Origin: a virus
Length of the DNA stretch: 64,000 bases
Virus record (IMG/VR): IMGVR_UViG_3300025070_000019
Span: 1 to 64,000 of that record
Direction: 5' to 3' (one strand)
The notes beneath the pieces were generated by a model that was given only the letters and a program-made list of their open reading frames with translations, did not search any database and was not told the origin of the DNA. A program made the translations under genes and the position numbers. Shown piece after piece: positions 9,467 to 19,311 of this stretch (its first letter is position 1; every line of letters begins with the position of its first letter).

Positions 9467-9511
9467 TTACTTACAATTTATCTGTTATTGTGTTGAGGTT
9501 GCTATTGTCTA

Positions 9512-10132
9512 ATGCATTATCAACATATACCAAAATTTTTGTACGAAAATGAAGCAAATAGATTAGAAAAATATTTAGAAGAAGAAATACCTTGGCAAGT
9601 AGTGCGTTATTACAAACCTGAAAGAGGTTATGTAGTAACGCCAAGAGAAACTTGGGTTGCAGGTTTCCATCAAAATGAACTTTACCCTTTATACAACAAT
9701 GATTATGACCCTAACCCAATACCTAAATTTCTTGTACCATTAAAAGAATTAGTAGAAGAAGAATTAAATACTACTTTTAATTTTATGTTATTTGCTAAGT
9801 ATCGCAATGAAAAAGACAGTATAACTTTTCATTCTGATGATGAAAAGTTTCTAGGTCTTAATCCTACTATTGCAAGTATTACAGTTGGATTCACTAGAGA
9901 TTTCTTACTTAAAGAAAAATCTACAGGGAATACACAATCATTTAATTTAAATCACGGTGATTTATTTGTAATGCAAAATAACTGTCAAGCTGATTATTTA
10001 CATGCAATAAAAAAACAAACAAAACGTTGCTATCCTCGCTATTCTATTACATTTAGGAAAGCATTAAATGAAGCAGGTAGTAAGAATTATTATAAATATA
10101 ATACTATGCCTCTAAGTAAATTGATTTTCTAA
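9512..10132 (+). CDS. alkB: AlkB-family 2OG-Fe(II) dioxygenase
   Basis: PRETW, YRNEKDSITFHSDDE, LHAI, RYSITFR. Confidence 0.9.
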   Translation: MHYQHIPKFLYENEANRLEKYLEEEIPWQVVRYYKPERGYVVTPRETWVAGFHQNELYPLYNNDYDPNPIPKFLVPLKELVEEELNTTFNFMLFAKYRNEKDSITFHSDDEKFLGLNPTIASITVGFTRDFLLKEKSTGNTQSFNLNHGDLFVMQNNCQADYLHAIKKQTKRCYPRYSITFRKALNEAGSKNYYKYNTMPLSKLIF

Positions 10133-10248
10133 TATAAAATAGTCTATAAGCATTGCAAAACTAAGGAGTTTATTATGCTTGTAGAAGAATGTTTATTTAC
10201 AGTTGCTTTAAGTAATTATATATTTTTAATGTATATTTGGATTAAAAC

Positions 10249-10491
10249 ATGGAAATCTTAATAGTAGTTCTTTACTTTACATTATCTATTGTAAATTTAG
10301 GTTATAGTTTATATTACCTTACAATCCCTTATATTCAAGATTTTGATTTTATAGATAAAACATTTACTATTTTATTTATGGTAATTTTCTCTTTTATATT
10401 TGGACCATTCATAGTATTTAACTGGTCTGATGAAGAATGGATTAAAGATATTACTGAAAAATTTGAAAATGCTTATTATGGAGATGAATAA
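10249..10491 (+). CDS. small 2-TM membrane protein
   Basis: Hydrophobic helices. Confidence 0.55.
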   Translation: MEILIVVLYFTLSIVNLGYSLYYLTIPYIQDFDFIDKTFTILFMVIFSFIFGPFIVFNWSDEEWIKDITEKFENAYYGDE

Positions 10492-10709
10492 TGAGTGGCT
10501 GTTACACTAGTAATGATTGCAAAAAACAAACTAAAAAGTTCTTAATTAAATTAAATGATTTATTAAGAAAATATAATATGAGACTAGTAGAAGATAATAT
10601 TATTACTTCTACTGAATATGGTTATGTAGGTCGCATTGAAGACGACCTTACAAATTTAACTTTAATAGATGATTATCAAAATGTAATAATGGAGACTGAA
10701 GATGATTAA
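10491..10709 (+). CDS. hypothetical protein
   Basis: Coupled ORF. Confidence 0.55.
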   Translation: MSGCYTSNDCKKQTKKFLIKLNDLLRKYNMRLVEDNIITSTEYGYVGRIEDDLTNLTLIDDYQNVIMETEDD

Positions 10710-11334
10710 ATTTTTAATACTTGCTTCTCTTAACTTTAACTGTTTTCTAGATGCTATGTCGAATGCTTCAAGAAGTGAATTATATTCAGTAAAAGGTAAA
10801 AAAGAGATACTTGTTAAGTATTATAAACCTGCTAAGAAAAAACATTTAAAGTTTTTTCTTAAAACTATTCTTAAAAATGATAAAAAAATAGATGAGAGAA
10901 TATTAGCTTTGTCTTGGATGGAATCAAGAATGAGACCATTCGTACGCAGAGGTGATGGAGGAAAAGCTTGTGGAGCTTTTCAAATTCATGCTAGGCATTC
11001 ATACCCTATGTTTCGCAGAAAAAAAGGTTATGTAAATTGGGAGCCTAAAGCTCCTAGAAATGCTCACTATATAAATGGTGAATGCAGAAAATTAGAAAAA
11101 CTTTCATACAGTATATCTACTTTAAAAAAATATTTAAATATTTTTGATAAAAGAAATAAACATGCATGTCATCATAATAGTGGTGTGTATGGTAAATGTA
11201 ATACTTGGTATAAAAAAAGGGTTGACTACTGGTTAACTTATTTTAAACTATCAAAACTAATCTGTAACGGAGAAAATTATGAAGATACATGGAAAATTGT
11301 CTTTAACAGTTTCGGACTGGAGACTCATTTATAG
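10702..11334 (+). CDS. lytic transglycosylase/lysozyme-like protein
   Basis: ALSWMESR catalytic-Glu helix, GAFQI, HNSG; N-terminal signal-like stretch. Confidence 0.6.
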   Translation: MIKFLILASLNFNCFLDAMSNASRSELYSVKGKKEILVKYYKPAKKKHLKFFLKTILKNDKKIDERILALSWMESRMRPFVRRGDGGKACGAFQIHARHSYPMFRRKKGYVNWEPKAPRNAHYINGECRKLEKLSYSISTLKKYLNIFDKRNKHACHHNSGVYGKCNTWYKKRVDYWLTYFKLSKLICNGENYEDTWKIVFNSFGLETHL

Positions 11335-11971
11335 TAGTATTATTAACTATTTAAATTTACGTATTCGTAAAGCAAATAAATATGCTAATGAAATCTATTT
11401 AAGTCATTCAAAAAAAAGTATTCAAGAAACAAGAGCAGAAATTGAACGTCTTTACAAAGAAACTTGTATTACTTCTGAAGAAAAACATTTAATTGAAAGC
11501 TCTTTGTTTGTAGGATCTTCTAGTAAAATTTATAAACCCAAACAAAAAAACTTTGAATTACTTAGTAATAGAACTGAGTATGTTAATTTTGGTTCTATTA
11601 TTGTCTTTTTTGAAAAAAGCACTAATTCTATTCGTATAGAAACAAGCCAATTTGATAACTTTGATGATTATGTCAGAGATGAACCTTTTATACAAGAGTT
11701 CATTACAATGGTTAATACGATTGATTGGCCTGAAAGAACTGGTCCTAGTATTACTATTAGAGGATGCACTCTCATTAAACTCTCTGATAATAAGTCTACA
11801 GTTTTCTATAAAGTAGGTTCTAATCCACCTAAACTTTTTTCAGACAATGACGAAACAACTGAAGAACCTCAAATTCTTCAGTCTAATGTATTCAAGGATA
11901 TCAGTTTAGTAAGTACTGAAGATGATTCTGAACAATTAGTTGCAGAAGATAAAGTTGATTACGACTTATGA
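11279..11971 (+). CDS. hypothetical protein
   Basis: ORF with GGAG RBS. Confidence 0.6.
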   Translation: MKIHGKLSLTVSDWRLIYSSIINYLNLRIRKANKYANEIYLSHSKKSIQETRAEIERLYKETCITSEEKHLIESSLFVGSSSKIYKPKQKNFELLSNRTEYVNFGSIIVFFEKSTNSIRIETSQFDNFDDYVRDEPFIQEFITMVNTIDWPERTGPSITIRGCTLIKLSDNKSTVFYKVGSNPPKLFSDNDETTEEPQILQSNVFKDISLVSTEDDSEQLVAEDKVDYDL

Positions 11972-12225
11972 AATATTTATTTTTTATTCTATTATTTATG
12001 TTTTTAAATATAGATGAAAAGAAAATAAATTATAAATGTGAAATAGATACTAGTTTATATTTTTTTAATAATGTTTCTAAGAAATATATGTATTTAGACA
12101 AATATAAATATAAAGTAGAAAAAATAGGAATTTTTAATTGTAAAAAAAGAAATTGTAAATTAAAAAAAGTTATAAATGAAAAAGAATTTCTTTCTAATAA
12201 AGACTTTTTTAAAAACTGTGGATAA
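11968..12225 (+). CDS. hypothetical protein
   Basis: ATGA-coupled ORF. Confidence 0.45.
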   Translation: MKYLFFILLFMFLNIDEKKINYKCEIDTSLYFFNNVSKKYMYLDKYKYKVEKIGIFNCKKRNCKLKKVINEKEFLSNKDFFKNCG

Positions 12226-12228
12226 AAA

Positions 12229-12942
12229 ATGATTATAAATTTATATGAAAACTCAGAATCACAAGGTTATGTAGAATTAATATCTCATATGGGCAAAGAC
12301 ATTGTTACGCCTGCTGGTGCTGCAAGAGCTTCTTTTGCTAAAGAAGTAACTGAAATTACTGAACGAGATATAAAACTTGTTAACTATTGTGCAAGAGAAA
12401 AACATTCATCTATATTTGAACATAATACTGTTACTTTTAAATTTAAAGTGCCTCTCTTTGTTGCACGTCAACATATGAGACATAGAACTTGGTCTTATAA
12501 TGAAGTTAGTCGCAGATACACTTCTATTGACATAAATTTCTATGAACCTAATTCTTTTCGTACTCAACATAAGAGTAACAGACAAGCTTCTAATGGAGAT
12601 GAAATAAACCCTATAGTCTCTCTTGTAAAGGGATCTACAGTATCATGGGATACAAAGGCATCAACAGCTATAGGAAATCACGTTAAAGACTCATTAAAGC
12701 TTTATAATCAATTATTAGACTCAGGTGTATGTAGAGAACAAGCTAGAATGATTTTACCCCAAAATATATATACAACATATTGGGGTACAGTTAATCTTAA
12801 TAATTTAGTTAAGTTCATACATTTAAGAGATCATGAAGGAGCACAACAAGAAATACAAGTTGTTGCTCAAGCATGTAAAGTTATTGTATATAACTTATGG
12901 CCTGAAACGGCTAAAGCATTATTTGAGGTGAATCATGGCTAA
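12229..12942 (+). CDS. thyX: FAD-dependent thymidylate synthase
   Basis: HSSIFEH, ARQHMRHRTWSYNEVSRRY, REQARMILP. Confidence 0.96.
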   Translation: MIINLYENSESQGYVELISHMGKDIVTPAGAARASFAKEVTEITERDIKLVNYCAREKHSSIFEHNTVTFKFKVPLFVARQHMRHRTWSYNEVSRRYTSIDINFYEPNSFRTQHKSNRQASNGDEINPIVSLVKGSTVSWDTKASTAIGNHVKDSLKLYNQLLDSGVCREQARMILPQNIYTTYWGTVNLNNLVKFIHLRDHEGAQQEIQVVAQACKVIVYNLWPETAKALFEVNHG

Positions 12943-13258
12943 TATGAATCTTTACATTGGTGAAGGTATTTTGTGTACTGATCCTAAAATCAGGTACACA
13001 AAAGATGATACTAAGGCTGTATGCAATTTTATTTTACTTGTAGAAAACAGCTATAAATCTAAAAAAAATAATGATATTCAATTTAAAAAAAGACAAGCTT
13101 ATATTCCAGTAGTTGCTTGGGATAATAAAGCAAAACTTATAGAAAAAGAATATCAAAAAGGTGACAAGATTAGAGTCATGGGTCGTATTACAACAGAAGT
13201 AAATTCTTTTGAAGTTGTTCTTGATGATATTTGCTTAATTAAAGGTTACTTAGCATAA
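12935..13258 (+). CDS. ssb: single-stranded DNA-binding protein (OB fold, no acidic tail)
   Basis: G.L.TDP.IRYT, VVAW..KA, KGD.I.V.GRI. Confidence 0.8.
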   Translation: MANMNLYIGEGILCTDPKIRYTKDDTKAVCNFILLVENSYKSKKNNDIQFKKRQAYIPVVAWDNKAKLIEKEYQKGDKIRVMGRITTEVNSFEVVLDDICLIKGYLA

Positions 13259-13294
13259 ACTCGTCGTCCCTTTGGGACTCCTCGAACTAAGTCT

Positions 13295-14200
13295 TTAGCA
13301 TAGTTCATCTAATCTTGCAGATGCTTTAGATAACATATCTTGCATATCTAAAGATGCACAATCAATCTTATTACGTGTTAAATTATAATGATTGATAAAC
13401 CCGTTGAATTGCCCCTTATCACATTTTTCACAGTAACCTTGAACATCACAAACATCCATATTGATACCTGTTGCATTAGAAATAGCAGCCCATAAAGCTG
13501 CTAAAGCTTCTAATTGTACAGGATAAAAGTCTAGATGTTCACCTAATGAACGACCATTTACATATGACTCTACTATAGGACGTTCTCCAAAACCTTTTTT
13601 AACATACCAATTCTGGTATTTAGTATAAAAAGCATTACTTATTTCAACACCAATAGAATTCATGTTCCAAAACTTAGATCCTGCTTGCCAAGCAATTTGT
13701 TGAATGTCTAACATCTGATAAATGGTACCGTCATTATCTATGAGAAAGTGCATTGACAAGCCTCTCTTTTTAATAATACGAGCACAAGCTTCAGATGATA
13801 GAGTTGCATCCCAATGATTAACAAATTGAATTGGTTCACGTTTGGGTTTATGCATAAATTCTGTGTATGTACCAGGTTCACAAACTAAAGCACCTCTTTG
13901 CCCAGGAATAATTACTTTATCCCATTTAATAGGAAATAGTTCGCCTTTATACAAGATACCTTTTTCCCCTCGTCTCTTATACCTTTTAGAAGGAGTAAAG
14001 TTTTCGTCTGCTAACAACTGCGTTTCAAGTCGTCGCAATGTTGAGGGACCACAAAGTCCATCAACTTGCATTCCATTATCTCTTTGAAAATCCATAATTG
14101 CATGGATTAAACTTTCATCAAATGTATCACAATCAAACCATTCTGGTGTCCATTTGTTTTTTTTAGAAGATTGAATGTTGTATTCTATTTTCTTAATCAT
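13295..14200 (-). CDS. N-acetylmuramoyl-L-alanine amidase with peptidoglycan-binding domain (endolysin-like)
   Basis: FQRDNGMQVDGLCGPST; NHWD, SMHFLID.DGTIYQ, AWQAG, SIGVEI, H...K.DC. Confidence 0.88.
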   Translation of the reverse strand: MIKKIEYNIQSSKKNKWTPEWFDCDTFDESLIHAIMDFQRDNGMQVDGLCGPSTLRRLETQLLADENFTPSKRYKRRGEKGILYKGELFPIKWDKVIIPGQRGALVCEPGTYTEFMHKPKREPIQFVNHWDATLSSEACARIIKKRGLSMHFLIDNDGTIYQMLDIQQIAWQAGSKFWNMNSIGVEISNAFYTKYQNWYVKKGFGERPIVESYVNGRSLGEHLDFYPVQLEALAALWAAISNATGINMDVCDVQGYCEKCDKGQFNGFINHYNLTRNKIDCASLDMQDMLSKASARLDELC

Positions 14201-14335
14201 AATGTTATCCTTGAAAAAAAAGAAAAATGTTTTTGTTTTTTATAACTTGAAAGGAGTAATAATGTTAATTACAGTAACTAACATTGTGATAACAATTCGT
14301 TTAATTTTCAATCTTTTTAAACAACTGGCTACTAT

Positions 14336-14593
14336 ATGGATATAATCTGGTTAAAATTTCCTACTGGTTTTTACTACCTACTAACAATACTTGGTTGTTA
14401 TACATTGTTTTATGTTCTAAACTTCTTTTTCTTAAATGTTCAAAGTTATATGAAATACAAAAGGTTTCATAGGTCTTTGACTGAAGAGAAACTTTACTTT
14501 TTAATTGAAGAAAATAAAAAGTTAAAAGAAAAAATAGATGATTTAGAAGATGAAATTGATGAATTAACTAAACAAATAATTAATAAACTGTAA
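14336..14593 (+). CDS. TM + coiled-coil protein
   Basis: Hydrophobic N-terminus, heptads. Confidence 0.55.
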   Translation: MDIIWLKFPTGFYYLLTILGCYTLFYVLNFFFLNVQSYMKYKRFHRSLTEEKLYFLIEENKKLKEKIDDLEDEIDELTKQIINKL

Positions 14594-14604
14594 AGGAGGC
14601 TTAT

Positions 14605-14886
14605 ATGCCAACTTATAATTCTCAATCTTTTATAACTGTTGTTGTCGTTCAAGACAACTTACAAGCATCAGATGCAGAACAAGCTCACAATATCTCTAAT
14701 GATAGACTTGAAGAAGTTTACAATAAAGTAAATGAAGTCTTAAATGAAGAAAATGAATATATATCAAATTGTTATGTTAATGATGTTGATGAATTAGAAC
14801 AAACTTATACATCTTTAAGAAGCTTACAAAAAACTCAAACGTCACAAAATAGTTATACATCATTAACAGAACATTACAATAAGTGA
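14605..14886 (+). CDS. hypothetical protein
   Basis: Strong AAGGAGG RBS. Confidence 0.7.
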   Translation: MPTYNSQSFITVVVVQDNLQASDAEQAHNISNDRLEEVYNKVNEVLNEENEYISNCYVNDVDELEQTYTSLRSLQKTQTSQNSYTSLTEHYNK

Positions 14887-14890
14887 AACG

Positions 14891-15757
14891 ATGATAAAAA
14901 GTTACAATTTAGAAACTTCTGAATTGTCATTTCATAAAAAAATATATTCAAATTATCTTAAAATCTTAAATTCTATACACCCAGAATTAAAAGAATATAA
15001 ACCTATTCTTAGTGGTAGTGCAGCAGTAAAATTAGTTATTCACCCTAATGCTGATTTTAATGATTTGGATTTTTATTTCAATTCAGAAGAACATTACAAT
15101 AACACAAAAGAGTTTCTTTTAAAAAACTCTTTTGCATTCAAAACAGAAACAAAAAATTGTATTGTTTTCTCAAATAAAAAAGAAGAAAAAGATATACAAT
15201 TAATTAAAACATTTTATGGAGGTTACAAAAATGTAATTACTTATCACGATTTTCTAAACTGTTCTGTTGCTATTGAAGCCAATATGCTTTATTTAAATTT
15301 AAATGCTTTGAAAGCATGGAAAAATAAAGAACTTGTTTTGCAAAACATACAATGCAATCCTAGTTGTTACCTTAATAGCAAATATAATGATTTAGAAATT
15401 AGCAGTATTTTATCTTACATTGCTAATCTTATGTATCGTATACAAAAATATGAAGATAGGTATGGTCTTAAGTTTAATAATAAATCTATTGAGAGACTAG
15501 CACCATTTAAAACTTATTTAAGGTATTTATCTACAATGCAAACTTTTGATAAAAAAGATTTGCTTTTTTGTAAAGTGGTATATTATGGATCAGCTACTAA
15601 AGATATAGCTTATCAAAAATATATAAATGACTTTATAAAATTATTAAAACTCCCTATAAAATTACGTGTTACATCTGTAAGTGATAATAAACTAACTTAT
15701 AGATGCGAAATAAAAGAACACGATTGGGGTTTTACAAATGAAAATTTATTGTTTTAA
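14891..15757 (+). CDS. Pol-beta superfamily nucleotidyltransferase-like protein
   Basis: LSGSA...NDLDFYF (GS + DxD), IQLI, HDF..C. Confidence 0.65.
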   Translation: MIKSYNLETSELSFHKKIYSNYLKILNSIHPELKEYKPILSGSAAVKLVIHPNADFNDLDFYFNSEEHYNNTKEFLLKNSFAFKTETKNCIVFSNKKEEKDIQLIKTFYGGYKNVITYHDFLNCSVAIEANMLYLNLNALKAWKNKELVLQNIQCNPSCYLNSKYNDLEISSILSYIANLMYRIQKYEDRYGLKFNNKSIERLAPFKTYLRYLSTMQTFDKKDLLFCKVVYYGSATKDIAYQKYINDFIKLLKLPIKLRVTSVSDNKLTYRCEIKEHDWGFTNENLLF

Positions 15758-15959
15758 CAGAGATTCTTGTGCTCATACTAAATATTTACCTTTAGAAGAA
15801 TTGCAAGATTATAATCTCGAAGAACCATTCATTGCATGTCCTGAATGCAATGAATTAGCTGCAATTGTAAGTAATGACTTTATATTAGATGATTCAACTG
15901 AACAGTTATTCATTGCTTATTTAAAGCTATTACAAAAGGAAAAAGAAAAAAATGTTTAA
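15738..15959 (+). CDS. small putative zinc-binding protein
   Basis: C....C ... CPEC. Confidence 0.55.
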   Translation: MKIYCFNRDSCAHTKYLPLEELQDYNLEEPFIACPECNELAAIVSNDFILDDSTEQLFIAYLKLLQKEKEKNV

Positions 15960-18900
15960 ATTTATCCCTGAAGAATTTTTAAAAGATGATTATAGTGAGA
16001 ATATATCTCATTATAATTTTTACAATTTACTTAATAATTATGAAACGATACTAGATACCAATAACTTTAATTTAAAACATACCTGGTCAAAAGAAATATT
16101 AATTTCTTTAACATCAGGATTGAAAACAAGATTAAAAAATCTTAATGAGATTTTTAATAAAGAAAATAATACTTTAGAAAAAGATTTTCTTGGAAAGGAA
16201 ACAGATCTTCAAAGTTCAATTGAAGATTTCAAAGATTTCAATGAAGATAATTCTTTTTTTGAAACTCATTTCAACGATCTATTTTCTTATTTTACAGATG
16301 TTGAAAATAGAAATAATTTACTTTTACATTGTAAACCAGAAGATAAAGACACTCCCTTCTTAGCAAGAAGTAATGTCTCTATTGACGATGATTATTATGT
16401 TAATCTAAATACTGCAGCTAGAAAATCTTGCAGATACTCTCGTTTTTTTAATTTTAAATCAATTCTTAATTCTACAAAAAACTATAAACCTAAGAAGTTA
16501 TATGAAAAAGAACTTAAAAATTACATATTTCAACAATACATAAATAAAACTTTATTTTCAGTTTATGAAGATTCTCAGACAATTTTTAAAAGTTCACTAT
16601 TAGAAAATATAGCAAGAAGTCATTTAGTTGATGAAGAAACATTTGCTCAAAAATTAGATACTGAACATAATTTTTTAAATGCTATGTTTTTGAATTGGTT
16701 CAAACAAAGAGTTGTTAATACAGAATATGGTTATTTTGATTCACTTCAAGAGTATTTTGACTTCTTAGATAGTGATACTAATTGCAAAATATTTAATTAT
16801 GAAAAAAATGATCTCACTCTTACAGTGTACGCTTATCATGGAAAGCAAGAACGTATAAACAAACTTGCAAACTTATTTTCTAGATATGTTCGATTAGAGC
16901 AATATTTAATTTTGTCAAATTTATTAAGTTTTATTAGTTATTCTCAACTTACAACTTCGACTAATAAAACAGTACATTTAAATATGTATAATGAAAACTT
17001 AATTTTTTGTAAAAAAGAACATGATTGTTTAAGAAACAATCAATTGTTTTTCTCTAACTTTCATTCTAGTACTTCTTTTTCATTAAATCCAAATGCTGAT
17101 AGTCCAACTTTTCATTTTCTTCATGAAGATGAAAAGTTTAAAAGAATGAAAAAAACTAATCATTTAAATTCAGATTCTACATACAATAACTACTTAGTTG
17201 TTAAATTTAATTATCATCATATTGAAAATGATCAACATATTTACTCTAGATTTGATAAAAGTTTTTTAGATTTATTTGGCAACAAAATTATTAAAATAGA
17301 TGATGATGTTTTTTGTAATATGTCTTCTAAAGAATATTCATTTAAATTGCCAATTGATAACGATAAAGGAGGAGAAAATAAAGAATTTTTTTTAAATTCT
17401 AACACTTCTCATGTTGTAACGTCTGATACATTTAGCAATGAGCAAAAAACTTATCTTTTTAATTATTTAAAAGAAAACAGTAAAAAGAGAATAAAGGTTA
17501 TTTATTACCCTGGTTTAGATAATAAAAGTAAAAAGAAATATCCAGTCATACAAGGCACTACACTTAAAACTCTATTAACTAAAAAAGGTTTTCTTGTACC
17601 TGTTATGTTACCATTTGTTCATTTAAATGGTAACAATGAAGAACAAAAATCTTGGAATATTTGTTTATTAAACTTTAATGAAAATTCAACTTCTGGTAAA
17701 AACTTTTACAATTTTGCCTATCATATGAATTCTGATTATTTTAGATTAACTTCAAAAGATAGTGTTATCTTTATTATGAGTTTGTTTAAAAAACTTTTTA
17801 GTTATAACAATTTAATTCTCACTGACCCTAAAGAATATGAAAGATTAAAATATTCTAAATTTAATTCTATTTCACAATACAATCAAAATAATGCTGTTTT
17901 ATTTTACGATGCTTTTAAAAAAACATCTATAAGTAATCAAGATAAATTTTTGAAAGCATTTAATGATGCTAAAGGGTTGATAAATCCTACTTCTAAAAAG
18001 GGTGTTTTAGATATTTTCGCTAAAGTTAAATTAGATGAATCTATTAAAATAAATTATGATAAGGTTAAAAAAAGATACGACAAAATAAATTCAAAACTCA
18101 AAGACTTAAAAAAGAGAAAACTAAACTATAAAGAACACGTTGTTGCTTTAGAACATGATGTTGAAAGATATTTAAATGTTATAGAAGAAAAGAAACAGAA
18201 ACTTTTAAATACACAACAATCTTTAGAACAACAAGAACAAGAAATAGAAACTTTTCAAATTCAATATAATTCTATTTCTGAGTTAATGAATCAAAAATCA
18301 CAAGAATATAAAAAAAACTATGAATTAAACTTTAACAAAAAGAATTACGAACTTAATGCTTTCTTAAAAAACATTTCTAAAAACAACATTAATTTATCTT
18401 ACATTTTGTTTTCTATGAAAAATGAACCTAGGAGTTTATTCTTATATTATTCTCACCCTGATTATTTACAAGTCAAGAACTTCAATCTTGAGAGAGATTA
18501 TTATAGTTATTATGATAGTGAATATAATCATAATTATGATGACTTAATTACTGAAATGGATGTAGATAAACAATATAAGTTTGAAGGTGATAACATTTAT
18601 ATTTTGCAATCTTTATTACAAAATAATGATTATTCTATTAAAAAAGTTTGTTTTACTACTATAAAACCTTCTTTAATTAAAATTGATAATAAAGAAAAAT
18701 ATGTAGTTGGTGGTCCATACAGAATCACTGTGAGTACAGCTAAAGTACGTATTGGTCTTTTAAACTTTTCATCTGTTATGGGAGTTGATAATATTGATAC
18801 TCCTAAGAATATCAAAGCTCATCCTCATTCTAATAGTTATGGTTTACATGACATACTTTCTAGAGATGAAGCAACATTGTTAAAACCAACTAACGGTTGT

Positions 18901-19299
18901 TTAGGCGAAGCTAGTACAATGATATATCATGCTTTTAATCAAAATGATTTATCTAGAATTCTATTATCAACTATGATTTGGGTTAAATCTGCTAACTCAG
19001 CAGATGTTTGGGGTAAAACTTACAAATGGTTTCCAGAACCAAATGATGTTGATTTTGAGTTCGATGCTTTAGGTCAATTACCAACGAGTTCTGAAATCAA
19101 TTCTTTTATTGATTCAGAACTAAAAGAAATAGAAGTATCTGAAAATGAAGAACCTTCAGAAGAAGATATTTTTAGAATGGAAACTCAAGAATTAGAACAA
19201 CAAGAACAGGAGCAAATCCAAGAAACACAAAATAACAATCAACAAGATATTGAAACTTTCAATACTGATGACACTTATGTTCGTTATAGAAGAACGTAA
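15952..19299 (+). CDS. large protein with coiled coil and C-terminal prokaryotic E2 (UBC-like) domain
   Basis: GPYRITV...HPH...NGCLG...N.ADVWG near C-terminus; directly upstream of JAB and E1 genes. Confidence 0.65.
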   Translation: MFKFIPEEFLKDDYSENISHYNFYNLLNNYETILDTNNFNLKHTWSKEILISLTSGLKTRLKNLNEIFNKENNTLEKDFLGKETDLQSSIEDFKDFNEDNSFFETHFNDLFSYFTDVENRNNLLLHCKPEDKDTPFLARSNVSIDDDYYVNLNTAARKSCRYSRFFNFKSILNSTKNYKPKKLYEKELKNYIFQQYINKTLFSVYEDSQTIFKSSLLENIARSHLVDEETFAQKLDTEHNFLNAMFLNWFKQRVVNTEYGYFDSLQEYFDFLDSDTNCKIFNYEKNDLTLTVYAYHGKQERINKLANLFSRYVRLEQYLILSNLLSFISYSQLTTSTNKTVHLNMYNENLIFCKKEHDCLRNNQLFFSNFHSSTSFSLNPNADSPTFHFLHEDEKFKRMKKTNHLNSDSTYNNYLVVKFNYHHIENDQHIYSRFDKSFLDLFGNKIIKIDDDVFCNMSSKEYSFKLPIDNDKGGENKEFFLNSNTSHVVTSDTFSNEQKTYLFNYLKENSKKRIKVIYYPGLDNKSKKKYPVIQGTTLKTLLTKKGFLVPVMLPFVHLNGNNEEQKSWNICLLNFNENSTSGKNFYNFAYHMNSDYFRLTSKDSVIFIMSLFKKLFSYNNLILTDPKEYERLKYSKFNSISQYNQNNAVLFYDAFKKTSISNQDKFLKAFNDAKGLINPTSKKGVLDIFAKVKLDESIKINYDKVKKRYDKINSKLKDLKKRKLNYKEHVVALEHDVERYLNVIEEKKQKLLNTQQSLEQQEQEIETFQIQYNSISELMNQKSQEYKKNYELNFNKKNYELNAFLKNISKNNINLSYILFSMKNEPRSLFLYYSHPDYLQVKNFNLERDYYSYYDSEYNHNYDDLITEMDVDKQYKFEGDNIYILQSLLQNNDYSIKKVCFTTIKPSLIKIDNKEKYVVGGPYRITVSTAKVRIGLLNFSSVMGVDNIDTPKNIKAHPHSNSYGLHDILSRDEATLLKPTNGCLGEASTMIYHAFNQNDLSRILLSTMIWVKSANSADVWGKTYKWFPEPNDVDFEFDALGQLPTSSEINSFIDSELKEIEVSENEEPSEEDIFRMETQELEQQEQEQIQETQNNNQQDIETFNTDDTYVRYRRT

Positions 19300-19311
19300 A
19301 AAAAGGAAAAA

